Positions 37,581-47,274 of a stretch of DNA of 64,000 nucleotides are shown here, piece after piece. Each line of letters starts with the position of its first letter. Within the stretch, counting starts at the first letter, position 1. Below the pieces are notes generated by a model. That model was given only the letters and a program-made list of their open reading frames with translations. It was not told the DNA's origin and did not search any database. The stretch is from Pseudomonadota bacterium (GTDB lineage: Bacteria; UBA10199; 2-02-FULL-44-16; DYJF01): NCBI GenBank assembly GCA_043823065.1, contig JBDRBB010000003.1, forward strand, positions 74,260 to 138,259, given 5' to 3'. The translations under genes and the position numbers were made by a program.

Positions 37581-37948
37581 ATGATCGCCTTTAATGCTTT
37601 TTGTTGGAACGCTTTATCTTCCTCAAGATAGGTGCCAACAAATTTATTATCATTTCTTTTGATAACATTAACCTTGCCTTTTTCACTGGCTGCTACATCA
37701 AGCTTCACAAATTCAGTAATAGCTTGCTGATGCGCACCAACTACGATCAAACCTTCAATATCCATAAGCTTCAGGCAAGTTATAACATTTTTTAAATATT
37801 TTTTTTCAACCTTAAAAGGCAAGCATATATATTCAGAAGTGATTTTTGCTAATTCTTTAGCCAAAATCTTTTGCTCGGCTTGCGGGATTTCTTTTTCTGC
37901 TAAAACCCCGATTAGTCGCGGGGCCTCGAATTCTTTTGTTCTTTTCAT
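37577..37948 (-). CDS. Small protein resembling only the substrate-binding N-domain of shikimate dehydrogenase, catalytically degenerate
   Basis: YICLPFKVEKKYLKNVITCLKLMDIEGLIV..H..AI..V.LD.AA...GKVNVI matches the AroE N-domain; TxPxK Lys absent; no Rossmann domain. Confidence 0.6.
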   Translation of the reverse strand: MKRTKEFEAPRLIGVLAEKEIPQAEQKILAKELAKITSEYICLPFKVEKKYLKNVITCLKLMDIEGLIVVGAHQQAITEFVKLDVAASEKGKVNVIKRNDNKFVGTYLEEDKAFQQKALKAII

Positions 37949-37949
37949 T

Positions 37950-38885
37950 TTATATCCTCTTAAATGTCTTTCGAGCCATTTCCACGTCCTTGCCAATCTG
38001 TTTGGACAAATCTTTTTCTGCTGAAAAAGCTATTTGATCCCTTATCTTGTCTAAAAACTCAACTTCAATTTTTTTATCCACTACTTGCTCCTCAAAATCA
38101 AGCAGATGGGTTTCAATTGAGCGATGGCCCTGGTGAAAAGTTGGATTAAATCCAATGCTGGTTACTGACTTCCACCATTGATCTGGATGAGTTTCAATCT
38201 TGGTTTTGGTCAAATAAACTCCGCTTCCTGGCAAAAGCATATTTTCCGGCTCAATATTGGCAGTATGAAATCCAAGCTGGCCACCACGCCCTTCGCCCTT
38301 AATAACCTTGCCCACCAAGGTATATGGCCGTCCCAGCATTTTTAGAGCAGCCCCAACCTCCCCTTCCCGAATATAAGTTCTGATCTTGCTGGAACTAAGC
38401 AGCATTTCATCCAAAAATTTAGCTGGCACAATTTCCACTTCTAATAAATATTTCTCTCCTAAAGCCTCTAACTGCTCTACACTGCCGCTGCGATGAAAAC
38501 CAAAAGTAAAATCATAGCCAACAACCACGGCCACCGCACCCACCAAATCCATTAAAATATTTTTTACAAAATTTTCCGGCCGTTCTAAAGCAAACTCTTT
38601 GCTGAATTTTTCCACAATACAAACATCAACTCCTAAATTTTCCAGTGTTCTTAGCTTTTGTTTAGGCGTTTGAATGAGCGGCAAATCTTTTTGCGGAGCT
38701 AAAACATGCGCTGGATGCGGGCTAAAAGTATAGACCACTAACTGTCCTTGCAACTCCTCAGCTCTTTTCCTGGCCTGAGCCAGCAAATATTGATGACCCA
38801 AATGCACACCATCAAAATTACCCAAGGCCACCACTGCCTTGGTTAAAGGATGGGCTAAGCTATCTGAACCATAATAAGTCTTCAT
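37950..38885 (-). CDS. ribF: Bifunctional riboflavin kinase / FAD synthetase
   Basis: GNFDGVHLGH, VGYDFTFG, SSSKIR, GEGRGGQLGFHTAN, GFNPTF, IETHLLDF. Confidence 0.95.
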   Translation of the reverse strand: MKTYYGSDSLAHPLTKAVVALGNFDGVHLGHQYLLAQARKRAEELQGQLVVYTFSPHPAHVLAPQKDLPLIQTPKQKLRTLENLGVDVCIVEKFSKEFALERPENFVKNILMDLVGAVAVVVGYDFTFGFHRSGSVEQLEALGEKYLLEVEIVPAKFLDEMLLSSSKIRTYIREGEVGAALKMLGRPYTLVGKVIKGEGRGGQLGFHTANIEPENMLLPGSGVYLTKTKIETHPDQWWKSVTSIGFNPTFHQGHRSIETHLLDFEEQVVDKKIEVEFLDKIRDQIAFSAEKDLSKQIGKDVEMARKTFKRI

Positions 38886-38888
38886 CTT

Positions 38889-41612
38889 TTAGGGATTCAC
38901 TCCTGGGATTAAAGGCATAACATCCAATTTCCCCTTTTCCTTTTTCTCACCAGTGGTGCGATTAATAGCCACCAATTTCTTGGCAACCAAATTGTGATTA
39001 TCTCTGGCAAAAATCAGAACGATATTATTGCCAGGCTCCAGATTTAATTTAACTTTAAAAGGAATTTCCAAACTTTGCTCTGGATTGGAAAAATAGGCTA
39101 CTTTTTTATCTCCCTGATATACATAATAATCATGCACACTTTCATTATCTTTAATCATTCCTTCTAAATCAATTTGTTCTAAAGGAGTGCTAACCGGATA
39201 AGCAGCTAAATTAATTTCCGGGGCTTGATACAAAACACCCCCAGACGGGATAAGCTCGCCAGTTGCAGGACTTAGCTCAACTTTTTGAGTTAATGAAGAA
39301 GCATATTTGGAATCATAAACCATGATTTCCAAAGGCAAGGTTTTAGCATCAATCCTACTTGGTACTCTAAACTTAAAACTAGCCAACTTTTGCTCTTTTG
39401 GCTTGAGTATGTCCAAAGCCACTCGCCCTTTTTCTAAAAAAACCTCTGGATGATCTTTAATCGCCAAAATAGCGATAGTTTCCTTGTCGCTGGAACCAGC
39501 GCCAATATTTTTAACTTCCAGGTTTAAAATAAATCTTTGTTCGTCTTGTAACTGCACCCTGCTGAGCTTATACTGAAAAGCGAAAATGGGCTGACTTGGC
39601 TGCTTAATGGGCACAATCACATTAACAGCTTTGTCAAAAACCGTATCCTTACTTTGAAAAACAACTTCCATTTCTAATTCTTCAGTTGGAAAATATTCTG
39701 GAACTTTAATTTTATTTTTCCAAACATTGGTTTGCCCAGGCAAAAGTTTGCCAAAAATAAATTCCTTATCATTTAGCAATGCGCTGTCTGATTTACCCAA
39801 GCCAATCAACCTGCCATAAGCTTTCTTGCCAATGTTTGTAACTTTTAATTCCAATTCAACTTCATCTCCAGCATTGATTTCTTTAATCTTCTGATCGCCC
39901 TTTAAAATATTATAAGCAACTTTTAACTCTGGCTCGCCTGCTGATTGCACATCCTCCCAATCAACTCCCAATTCTTTTAAGGACGCGCTTATTTTAGCTG
40001 TTTGGGCGGAGCCGACTTCTGGGATTAATTCTTTAATTTCTGCCAGCATTTTTTCACGCGAAGGATCTGTAACAGTCTCCAAAATTTTTGTAGCCAACTC
40101 TACAGCAAAATCATCTTCAAGCTCTGGTTTTTTTGCATATTCTTTTTTACGCGCTGCTTCGATATCACTTTCTTCTTTAGGTTGCGCAAATTTTACACGA
40201 TATACAGCCTTTTCTTGCCGACCTTCTTCAGCAAAGAATTTTTCTAAATCCCGCTCAGTATAAATCTTATCTTCCAAAAGATTCATGTTTTCAAGATCAA
40301 CGGTTATGGGAATCATCTCTATATCAGGAGTTAAACCTACAGACTGAATGGAATAGGTGCCTGCTGGCAAATATTTGGCTATGGTAAGTTTAATGGCTGC
40401 TTCTGGCCCAACCTCAAACACGCCTTGCACTGAACCTTTGCCAAAAGATTTATGCCCCAGCACAATGGCCCGATCCAATTCTTTTAAACTTCCAGCCACA
40501 ATTTCCGAGGCTGAAGCTGAGCCTTCATTAATCAACACCACAACCGGACAAGATAGGTCAAATTTATTTTCTGCAGCTTTATCAACATCAATAAGTTCAT
40601 TTTTTCGACCTACTGTGGAAACAATTACGCCTTTATTTAAAAAAACATCAGCCAGCTCTACCGCTTGATTAAGCAAGCCGCCTGGGTTATTGCGCACATC
40701 CAAAATAATCCCATCCAATTTGCCATTTTTTTGCAAAGCTTTTAGCGCAGCTTGAACTTCCTGATCAGTATTGGATTGAAAACTTTTAACCTTTAAATAA
40801 CCAAACTTTTTATTATCTTTTTGAATTATATCATGCTGAACACTATCAATATTAATCAAGGCTCTGGTCAGGAGAAAACTTAAGTTCCCGGTTCTCCCCG
40901 TCCGTTTAATAATCAACTTAACTTTTGAACCAATTTTACCGCGCAAACGATTAACCGCATCAGTCAGCGACATATTAATGGTAGATTCATCATCGATTTG
41001 CACAATTTTATCTCCTGCCTTAATTCCTGATCTAGAAGCAGGAGTGCCATCAAGCGGAGCAATAACTGTTAGCTCTCCGTCTTTGATACTGATGACAATA
41101 CCCAAACCACCAAACTCGCCTTTTGTGCCAACCCTGAATTCCTTAAAAATATCTGGGGATAAAAAAGCTGAATGTGGGTCCAAGGTGGCCAACATCCCAT
41201 GAATAGCCACATATTGGATTTCATCTTTTTCTATATCTCCATTATAATGAGTATTAATGAAATCCAAAATCTCCTTAAGGGTTTTTTCCAATTTATCTAG
41301 AGAATTCAAACGATTAAGAGAAAATTTTTTGGAAGCCATATCCACTGTAATCAAAACTGAATTATCATCAAAATTGGCTAAAATCTCAGGTACTCTAAGC
41401 TCAACCTGCTCTAAGGCCCCCTTTAACATTTGCTTAGCATCTAGGCGATCTTTATCCAAATAATTACGCTCTACAGCAAATAGGCTCTTAGAAACCAAGG
41501 GAAATTGCGGGATTTCAGCATGAGTAATAGAACTGCTTTGCTGACTCCAGATTATTACGTAACCAGCTAGAATTAATAAAGAAAAACGAATTAGGCGTGA
41601 TTTAATCTTCAT
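38889..41612 (-). CDS. S41A (CtpA-like) carboxyl-terminal protease with PDZ domain and long beta-sandwich C-terminal extension
   Basis: LDPHS, FGGLGI, PDZ, LDVRNNPGGLL, GSASASEI, FGKGSVQ; N-terminal signal/TM. Confidence 0.9.
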   Translation of the reverse strand: MKIKSRLIRFSLLILAGYVIIWSQQSSSITHAEIPQFPLVSKSLFAVERNYLDKDRLDAKQMLKGALEQVELRVPEILANFDDNSVLITVDMASKKFSLNRLNSLDKLEKTLKEILDFINTHYNGDIEKDEIQYVAIHGMLATLDPHSAFLSPDIFKEFRVGTKGEFGGLGIVISIKDGELTVIAPLDGTPASRSGIKAGDKIVQIDDESTINMSLTDAVNRLRGKIGSKVKLIIKRTGRTGNLSFLLTRALINIDSVQHDIIQKDNKKFGYLKVKSFQSNTDQEVQAALKALQKNGKLDGIILDVRNNPGGLLNQAVELADVFLNKGVIVSTVGRKNELIDVDKAAENKFDLSCPVVVLINEGSASASEIVAGSLKELDRAIVLGHKSFGKGSVQGVFEVGPEAAIKLTIAKYLPAGTYSIQSVGLTPDIEMIPITVDLENMNLLEDKIYTERDLEKFFAEEGRQEKAVYRVKFAQPKEESDIEAARKKEYAKKPELEDDFAVELATKILETVTDPSREKMLAEIKELIPEVGSAQTAKISASLKELGVDWEDVQSAGEPELKVAYNILKGDQKIKEINAGDEVELELKVTNIGKKAYGRLIGLGKSDSALLNDKEFIFGKLLPGQTNVWKNKIKVPEYFPTEELEMEVVFQSKDTVFDKAVNVIVPIKQPSQPIFAFQYKLSRVQLQDEQRFILNLEVKNIGAGSSDKETIAILAIKDHPEVFLEKGRVALDILKPKEQKLASFKFRVPSRIDAKTLPLEIMVYDSKYASSLTQKVELSPATGELIPSGGVLYQAPEINLAAYPVSTPLEQIDLEGMIKDNESVHDYYVYQGDKKVAYFSNPEQSLEIPFKVKLNLEPGNNIVLIFARDNHNLVAKKLVAINRTTGEKKEKGKLDVMPLIPGVNP

Positions 41613-41673
41613 AGAATTTTTTTAATATCAGACATTTTATAAAGAATATCAAGGGGATAATGTAATACCACGC

Positions 41674-41743
41674 TGTCATTCCCGCGTAGGCGAGAATCCA
41701 GCATATTTATAGAACCTGGTTCCCTGCCTTCGCAGGGATGACA
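41674..41743. repeat. REP-like element, family A
   Basis: TGTCATTCCCGCGTAGGCGAGAATCCAG...CTGGTTCCCTGCCTTCGCAGGGATGACA. Confidence 0.8.
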
Positions 41744-41858
41744 AATATTTTGAAATCAATAGCTTCGTTTAAATTGATAAAAAATACTTTAGAAGTTCTT
41801 GCCAACATATTGAAATATTTGTATAATACAAAAGGTTAATTTTTGAAATGGGGGATTA

Positions 41859-43232
41859 ATGGGGTTTATCAAAGCAGCAATTCCCATTATTTATATATGC
41901 GCGGGTACGGCTTTTAGTCTTTTGGCTGTTGTCTGGTGTTTATGCCGGCGCAGACGCATTCAACGATTCATAAATTGTACTATTCTCCGCAGAAACCAAT
42001 ATAATTACCGCTTAATCTTCCGTCATCATTTAGAAAAACTAAAACATATTGAAGATCACCACAATTTGTTCGCGGAAATTCTGGCCACTACCTGCAGGGT
42101 AATAGATGCCAATGGCGCCTCCCTGGTCATCAGGGAAAAAGATAACAGTTTTAGAATATGTTCTTCCCGCAACCTTGGCCATTTTTCATTTAATGCTGCT
42201 GAACTGGAAAAATTTGTCTCCTGGCTGGAAAAAAATAAAACTGTAGTCACACGCGAGCAACTGGTGAATGACAAAAAATTGCAGTGTATAAAAAGCGATG
42301 GTCTGCGTTACTGCGTACTTGCTAATGCTGAAGCCTGCGTGCCTTTGTTCTTAAACGATAAACTTTACGGCATCATAAATATTGGCAAGCGAAACAATCA
42401 GGATTTTGATTCGCAAACCTGCGATCTTTTGCTTTCTTTTAGTATTTATTTTACCAGCTTGATTAGAAATATAGATCTGCAAGAAGAACTTTCTCGCCAA
42501 AAACTATCATTGGAACAGGCTTTGCGCTTGCGTAATTATTTATTATCTAATCTTTCTCATGAACTGCGCACGCCCTTAAATAGCATCGTGGGACTTTCGG
42601 AAATTATTGAAAGCGGTGAAGATGGTCCGTTAACCGAAGATCAGCAAACTCACATCTCCATGATTAATCAATCTGGACAACGCCTGCTCAAAGCAATTAA
42701 CAATATTGTCGATCTATCCAAGATTGAAGCCAATCATCTAGAATTAAATGTGCAGCGTCTTAATTTAAGACGTATGTTAGAAGATATTTCCTCAACTATT
42801 CGCTTTAGCAAGTACACCAAGTTTAATATGGAAATTGGGGATGATGCTGCTTCTGTTTATGGAGATGAAACCCGCTTGCGCCAGGTGTTTCAAAATCTCT
42901 TGGATAATGCTGCTAAATTTACCAAACAAGGCAAAGTGGCTATAGAAGCTGCAAAGAGCGGTGAAATGTTAAAAGTTAAGATCACTGATACAGGCATTGG
43001 CATTCCAGCTAACAAACAAGAGGAAATCTTAAATGGTTTAACTCAGGCTGAAGATCTGGAAACCAGGCAGCATGAAGGTTTGGGCCTTGGCTTAATTATG
43101 TCCCGTAAAATTGTGCAGCTCCACGGCGGCCGCCTGTGGTTTACCAGCCAACAAGGCCGCGGCAGTGACTTTTATGTAACCCTTCCCTTAAAACCCATTA
43201 GCATTTGCCATCCTGAAATAACCTTGTCTTAA
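41859..43232 (+). CDS. Membrane-anchored GAF-domain sensor histidine kinase
   Basis: N-terminal TM, GAF (VPLFLNDKLYGII), H-box SHELRTPL, NLLDNAAKFT, DTGIGI, GLGLGL. Confidence 0.9.
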   Translation: MGFIKAAIPIIYICAGTAFSLLAVVWCLCRRRRIQRFINCTILRRNQYNYRLIFRHHLEKLKHIEDHHNLFAEILATTCRVIDANGASLVIREKDNSFRICSSRNLGHFSFNAAELEKFVSWLEKNKTVVTREQLVNDKKLQCIKSDGLRYCVLANAEACVPLFLNDKLYGIINIGKRNNQDFDSQTCDLLLSFSIYFTSLIRNIDLQEELSRQKLSLEQALRLRNYLLSNLSHELRTPLNSIVGLSEIIESGEDGPLTEDQQTHISMINQSGQRLLKAINNIVDLSKIEANHLELNVQRLNLRRMLEDISSTIRFSKYTKFNMEIGDDAASVYGDETRLRQVFQNLLDNAAKFTKQGKVAIEAAKSGEMLKVKITDTGIGIPANKQEEILNGLTQAEDLETRQHEGLGLGLIMSRKIVQLHGGRLWFTSQQGRGSDFYVTLPLKPISICHPEITLS

Positions 43233-43250
43233 AATTTACTTTAAATGCGA

Positions 43251-43280
43251 AGAAGCCCCACTTAAAAAAGCAGGGCTTCT
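43251..43280. terminator. Hairpin between convergent genes, probable terminator
   Basis: AGAAGCCC...GGGCTTCT. Confidence 0.5.
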
Positions 43281-43317
43281 CCATTAGGATGGTTATGGGT
43301 AATTTAATTAGCTCAAT

Positions 43318-44643
43318 TTATTCAGCTGGGACAAATCTAGTATTTCTTCTTCTACGTTGATTACCTTCAGTACTACGATTCGGATTAGTACGCATTGGCT
43401 CATCCACAGAATCATTTTCATCACTCTGATCTTTATAAATGTAATAGCCAACACCTACTCCAAGTCCAAAAAGAGCAAGGCCACCTATTACCCAAGCTGC
43501 TATTCTATTTCTGGACACAGCTCTAGCAGCTCTTTGTGCTGCGCGAGATGTACTTGCTGAGCGCGACCTTGCGAGAACTTGATCTCTTAAGTAATCTAGT
43601 TCTCCAGGAGCAGGTGTGGGTTCAGGATCAATAAATACTGTTTGACCAGCTTCAATAGGCTCAGCAGGGCTTGCTGCAACTCTTGGGGTAGGCAGATCAA
43701 ATGGCCCGCGCAATATAACTGCATTTGCACGTCCCATAACTTGTGCAGTTGGAGCAGCGCTGCCACCGCGCTCCATCACGGTTTCAACTGAGCGAACCCC
43801 ACCTTCTTGCATAGTTGGAGCTGAGTGAAGATCACCTTCTAACATAGTTGGTGGTTCTGGAATTGGAGATTCTGGTGCACTTTCAATCATCGTCCTTTCA
43901 CTCATTTGCAGCCATTCTCTACCTCTTATTAGGTCTTGTTCATTAAAGATCATTGTTAAATCAGGCTCCACAGGAGCTGCCATTCGAGGTCTTGCCCTTC
44001 TTTGTATGTCGCGAATAAACGAATCTAGTGCTTCACGCTGAGACATAATTTCTGGTTCAAGATTTCTTACTACTTGACTTTGCGCCAGATCATAATTTCG
44101 ATCTAGAAGAGCTTGGATTGTTTCTATTTGGACTCGCCAATATCTAACTTGAGTTTGAGTGTGAGCATAAAAAGACTCAGCTTGAGAGCGCAAACCTGTT
44201 CTTCTAACTTCCTCACTAAATGATCTAGCATATTCATCAAGCCTTGTAGCAATTCTTTCTGCTTCACTAAAGTCTCTCAGAAGTTCCTGCATATGATTAA
44301 AACCACGAAGTGTCCTAGATCGGCCTCCGTAATTATGTTTATTCCAATGCCTTTCATGCAAATCGAGTTCCTGTTTAATTTGTTCACATAATTGCATAGC
44401 TCTTTGGCTTAAGGTTCCTTGGTGTTCCAAAATTGTAGGTTCACTTTGACTGGAAAAAATTCCAGCAGCAAGTGGAGCTAAAGTTCCCACCAAAGCAGTA
44501 AGACCTGCTTGAGCCTGGGCAAAATAATTATTATCATTATTATCCTCACCAAAGCTAATTGCTACAGCACGTGTTGAAACATTAGCGCCATTACTAACAA
44601 CATCTAATAATGTCCTACCGATGTTTGAAAAATTTGTAGTCAT
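43318..44643 (-). CDS. Orphan coiled-coil protein with C-terminal TM anchor; Lys-poor
   Basis: 441 aa, SD CAGGAGG, TM IAAWVIGGLALFGLGVGVGYYIY, 3 Lys. Confidence 0.8.
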   Translation of the reverse strand: MTTNFSNIGRTLLDVVSNGANVSTRAVAISFGEDNNDNNYFAQAQAGLTALVGTLAPLAAGIFSSQSEPTILEHQGTLSQRAMQLCEQIKQELDLHERHWNKHNYGGRSRTLRGFNHMQELLRDFSEAERIATRLDEYARSFSEEVRRTGLRSQAESFYAHTQTQVRYWRVQIETIQALLDRNYDLAQSQVVRNLEPEIMSQREALDSFIRDIQRRARPRMAAPVEPDLTMIFNEQDLIRGREWLQMSERTMIESAPESPIPEPPTMLEGDLHSAPTMQEGGVRSVETVMERGGSAAPTAQVMGRANAVILRGPFDLPTPRVAASPAEPIEAGQTVFIDPEPTPAPGELDYLRDQVLARSRSASTSRAAQRAARAVSRNRIAAWVIGGLALFGLGVGVGYYIYKDQSDENDSVDEPMRTNPNRSTEGNQRRRRNTRFVPAE

Positions 44644-44671
44644 AAAAACCTCCTGAATAATTTCTTACCAC

Positions 44672-44706
44672 CTGGATTGCTTCGTCGTTGCACTCCTCGC
44701 AATGAC
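44672..44706. repeat. REP-like half element (…GGATTGCTTCGTCG…CTCCTCGCAATGAC)
   Basis: Ends in ATGAC like family A; intergenic. Confidence 0.6.
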
Positions 44707-44710
44707 AACT

Positions 44711-46987
44711 TTAAAACTGCATACCTAACCAGGCGCGTATGCCGCCCGCATCCTTCATACTGTGCCAAATTGAGGTGCCACCATGAAAAGCCATGAGCAC
44801 TAAAAAAGTTGTTGCTGCATGTCCGGTGTCATCACTTACAGCCTGCATATCATGAAATGGAATTGGAAAATCTTGTCTTTCTGAACTTGGATTAACAGGA
44901 TCACCTTCAAAATTCATAAAATCTCCAAAATGCGCAACTGGTGTAAAACCAGCAGTAGTAATTGCAGAGTTGGCAATCATTTGACCAGCTGCGGTTCTAA
45001 ACAAAGTTTGACCACCTGCACCAATTACTGCTTCTGTACCTAACCTAACAGTTAATGCCTCTATAATAGGTACGGTTACAGCTTGGCCAATTACATGAAA
45101 GAGAAATAATGTTTTGGCTAAATGATAGATAAACTCCATGGCAGTGCCAGTATGATATTCCAGCATGGTATCTTCTACTACGGTATGCTCTTGCAAAGTA
45201 TTTAGAAACTGTTGCTGTCCAGCTTGGGTTAATAAATCTTCAGGCAATTGATCTTCAAAACCATTACTTGCCAAAAAATCTACTACTTGAACTGCTAAAT
45301 ATAATTTAGCAGCAGTATCGCATTCTCTTAACGATACATTACCCTGAGGCCCTTCTTGATCTATTGTCCATAATTCTAGCTCTATGATTATATCCATAAT
45401 AGATGGAGGAAGCTCATTATTAATTACATAGTAAGCAATCTCATCAGGAGAAAGATCTGGTAAATGATTTGGCAGAATATTTTGTACAGATTCAAAACCT
45501 GGCATATCATATTGAAGCACTACCCTTTGATCAGCAGTATTATAAATAGATTCTCGGCCATCATATTCATAGTCGCCTATAAAATGAACTTGTCTGTTAG
45601 AAACTGGCCTGCCCAAAAGTAACTGAACCCCATGCCACAAGCGAGCTTCATAAGGACGCCTGAGAATATTGTGAGGCAACCTAATTGGCACGCGTGGACC
45701 TTGAATTTGATCACGAAAACAAGCACCACTAGTTACCAGCAAGCCACTACCCTCAACAACCATGTCTGCTAAACCTACAACTGCAGAATGGAAAGCCCTA
45801 CCCCATGCTGCAGCTGAGCTTTCTCTTTCTAAAACAGCTAAATTCTCGACAAAAGGCATATGCCTGCGCACAGTACCTCGAGTAAAAATTTGATATTGAG
45901 CCTGCTCTTCAATTTGGGATTGGTTTTGTTGAATAAACTCTAAAGCATTTTTCGTTTGTTCATTTATCTCGCCTAATGCAACTGCACTTTGTAACTGGGC
46001 ATAGGCGCGTCTAACTTCTGGGCTTTCAGTAACAAAAATGCGTTGGTTCATTTCTGATCTGCGCTGCAAAACACTTCTTGCCTGGGTTAATACATTTTGT
46101 TCTTCTATTTGGCGAGGCACTGGAGATCTTAACCTGTCTTGCAAAACAAAATAACGCTCTTCTGCTTGTTGCAAAGCTCGCCCTCCTTGTTCAGCAAAGG
46201 GATGTTCCAAGGCAATTGCAAGAAGTTCAAAAATTTCTTCAGGATGGTTATTAAGGATTCGATTATCAGTTGTAGGTAAATCAATAATGCCGTTTAACAT
46301 TTGCTGGGCATAACGTACGCGTCTACAAAGTAATTGATATTGGATAATTTCTGGAGAATCTTCTTTAGGAGCTCTTTGTTTGCGAAGTCTTGGCCCTGTT
46401 AAACTTACTTGTTGCGGATCAGGCTGGGGTAGACTCATTGCTGACACAGAATCATAAGCCACTAATAAGGCATTACCTAAACGCTGTCTAAGTTGTTCAT
46501 CTATGTAAGAAGTTTGCCGTATTTGATTTTGCAGTAACCGAATCTCGCGCTGCATATCAGCTGGTTCTGGAACTGAATCTAAATATCGCTGCCGCTCAAT
46601 AGCCAGGGCTTGGCGCAGATGGCGTTGGTTAGTTAAGCGCTCAGTTCTGAGTTGGGTAAGAACATGACAACTACCCCTTAGAAAAGAAACAACAGATTCA
46701 AAGATACCCGGGTTAAGAGTTCCCAAATATTGATTTTCTAGATTGATGATATTGTTAAGGTGAGTTTGTCCTTCTTGAAGAGGAGTTATTACACTACTAG
46801 CTAATGGCACATTTGTTACTGAACAAACAACTGGAGAATCTGCTCTATAACTGCCTTCTTGAAAGCGTTCTAGAGCATTTTGTCCTTCCAGGGCAGTTGC
46901 ACCTAAATCTCGTAGAGACATAGGCGCTCGTGCTAAACAAGTCACCCTTACATCATTATTATTGGAAATTTCTCCTGCACATTTCAT
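44711..46987 (-). CDS. Orphan coiled-coil protein with C-terminal hydrophobic helices; Lys-poor
   Basis: 758 aa, 7 Lys, starts MKCAGEIS. Confidence 0.8.
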   Translation of the reverse strand: MKCAGEISNNNDVRVTCLARAPMSLRDLGATALEGQNALERFQEGSYRADSPVVCSVTNVPLASSVITPLQEGQTHLNNIINLENQYLGTLNPGIFESVVSFLRGSCHVLTQLRTERLTNQRHLRQALAIERQRYLDSVPEPADMQREIRLLQNQIRQTSYIDEQLRQRLGNALLVAYDSVSAMSLPQPDPQQVSLTGPRLRKQRAPKEDSPEIIQYQLLCRRVRYAQQMLNGIIDLPTTDNRILNNHPEEIFELLAIALEHPFAEQGGRALQQAEERYFVLQDRLRSPVPRQIEEQNVLTQARSVLQRRSEMNQRIFVTESPEVRRAYAQLQSAVALGEINEQTKNALEFIQQNQSQIEEQAQYQIFTRGTVRRHMPFVENLAVLERESSAAAWGRAFHSAVVGLADMVVEGSGLLVTSGACFRDQIQGPRVPIRLPHNILRRPYEARLWHGVQLLLGRPVSNRQVHFIGDYEYDGRESIYNTADQRVVLQYDMPGFESVQNILPNHLPDLSPDEIAYYVINNELPPSIMDIIIELELWTIDQEGPQGNVSLRECDTAAKLYLAVQVVDFLASNGFEDQLPEDLLTQAGQQQFLNTLQEHTVVEDTMLEYHTGTAMEFIYHLAKTLFLFHVIGQAVTVPIIEALTVRLGTEAVIGAGGQTLFRTAAGQMIANSAITTAGFTPVAHFGDFMNFEGDPVNPSSERQDFPIPFHDMQAVSDDTGHAATTFLVLMAFHGGTSIWHSMKDAGGIRAWLGMQF

Positions 46988-47050
46988 AAATAAGTCCGCC
47001 TTCCCCAGAAAAACTATATATTTTAAGCGTTCTTATCCCCTTTAATCTTA

Positions 47051-47077
47051 TTATCGGTCATTTTTTATTAATGTTGC
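47051..47077 (-). promoter_or_regulatory. Putative sigma28-like promoter GCAAC-N16-CGATAA
   Basis: Minus strand GCAACattaataaaaaatgacCGATAA, 64 nt upstream of ATG 46987. Confidence 0.6.
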
Positions 47078-47274
47078 TAACTTTTTTTATTTTTCTTTAT
47101 TTTTTTGAATTCAAGTTGAATACATTTGCATGTATGCTATCAGGTTATGTATTAAGAAATATTGACTTATACGACACATGAATGGTATTAATACCTATTA
47201 TATGTATTCTCTATTTAATTATTATCTCACCTGTATTGCTGATGTAGAGAATACAACCTTTCAAGGGGGGGGTT

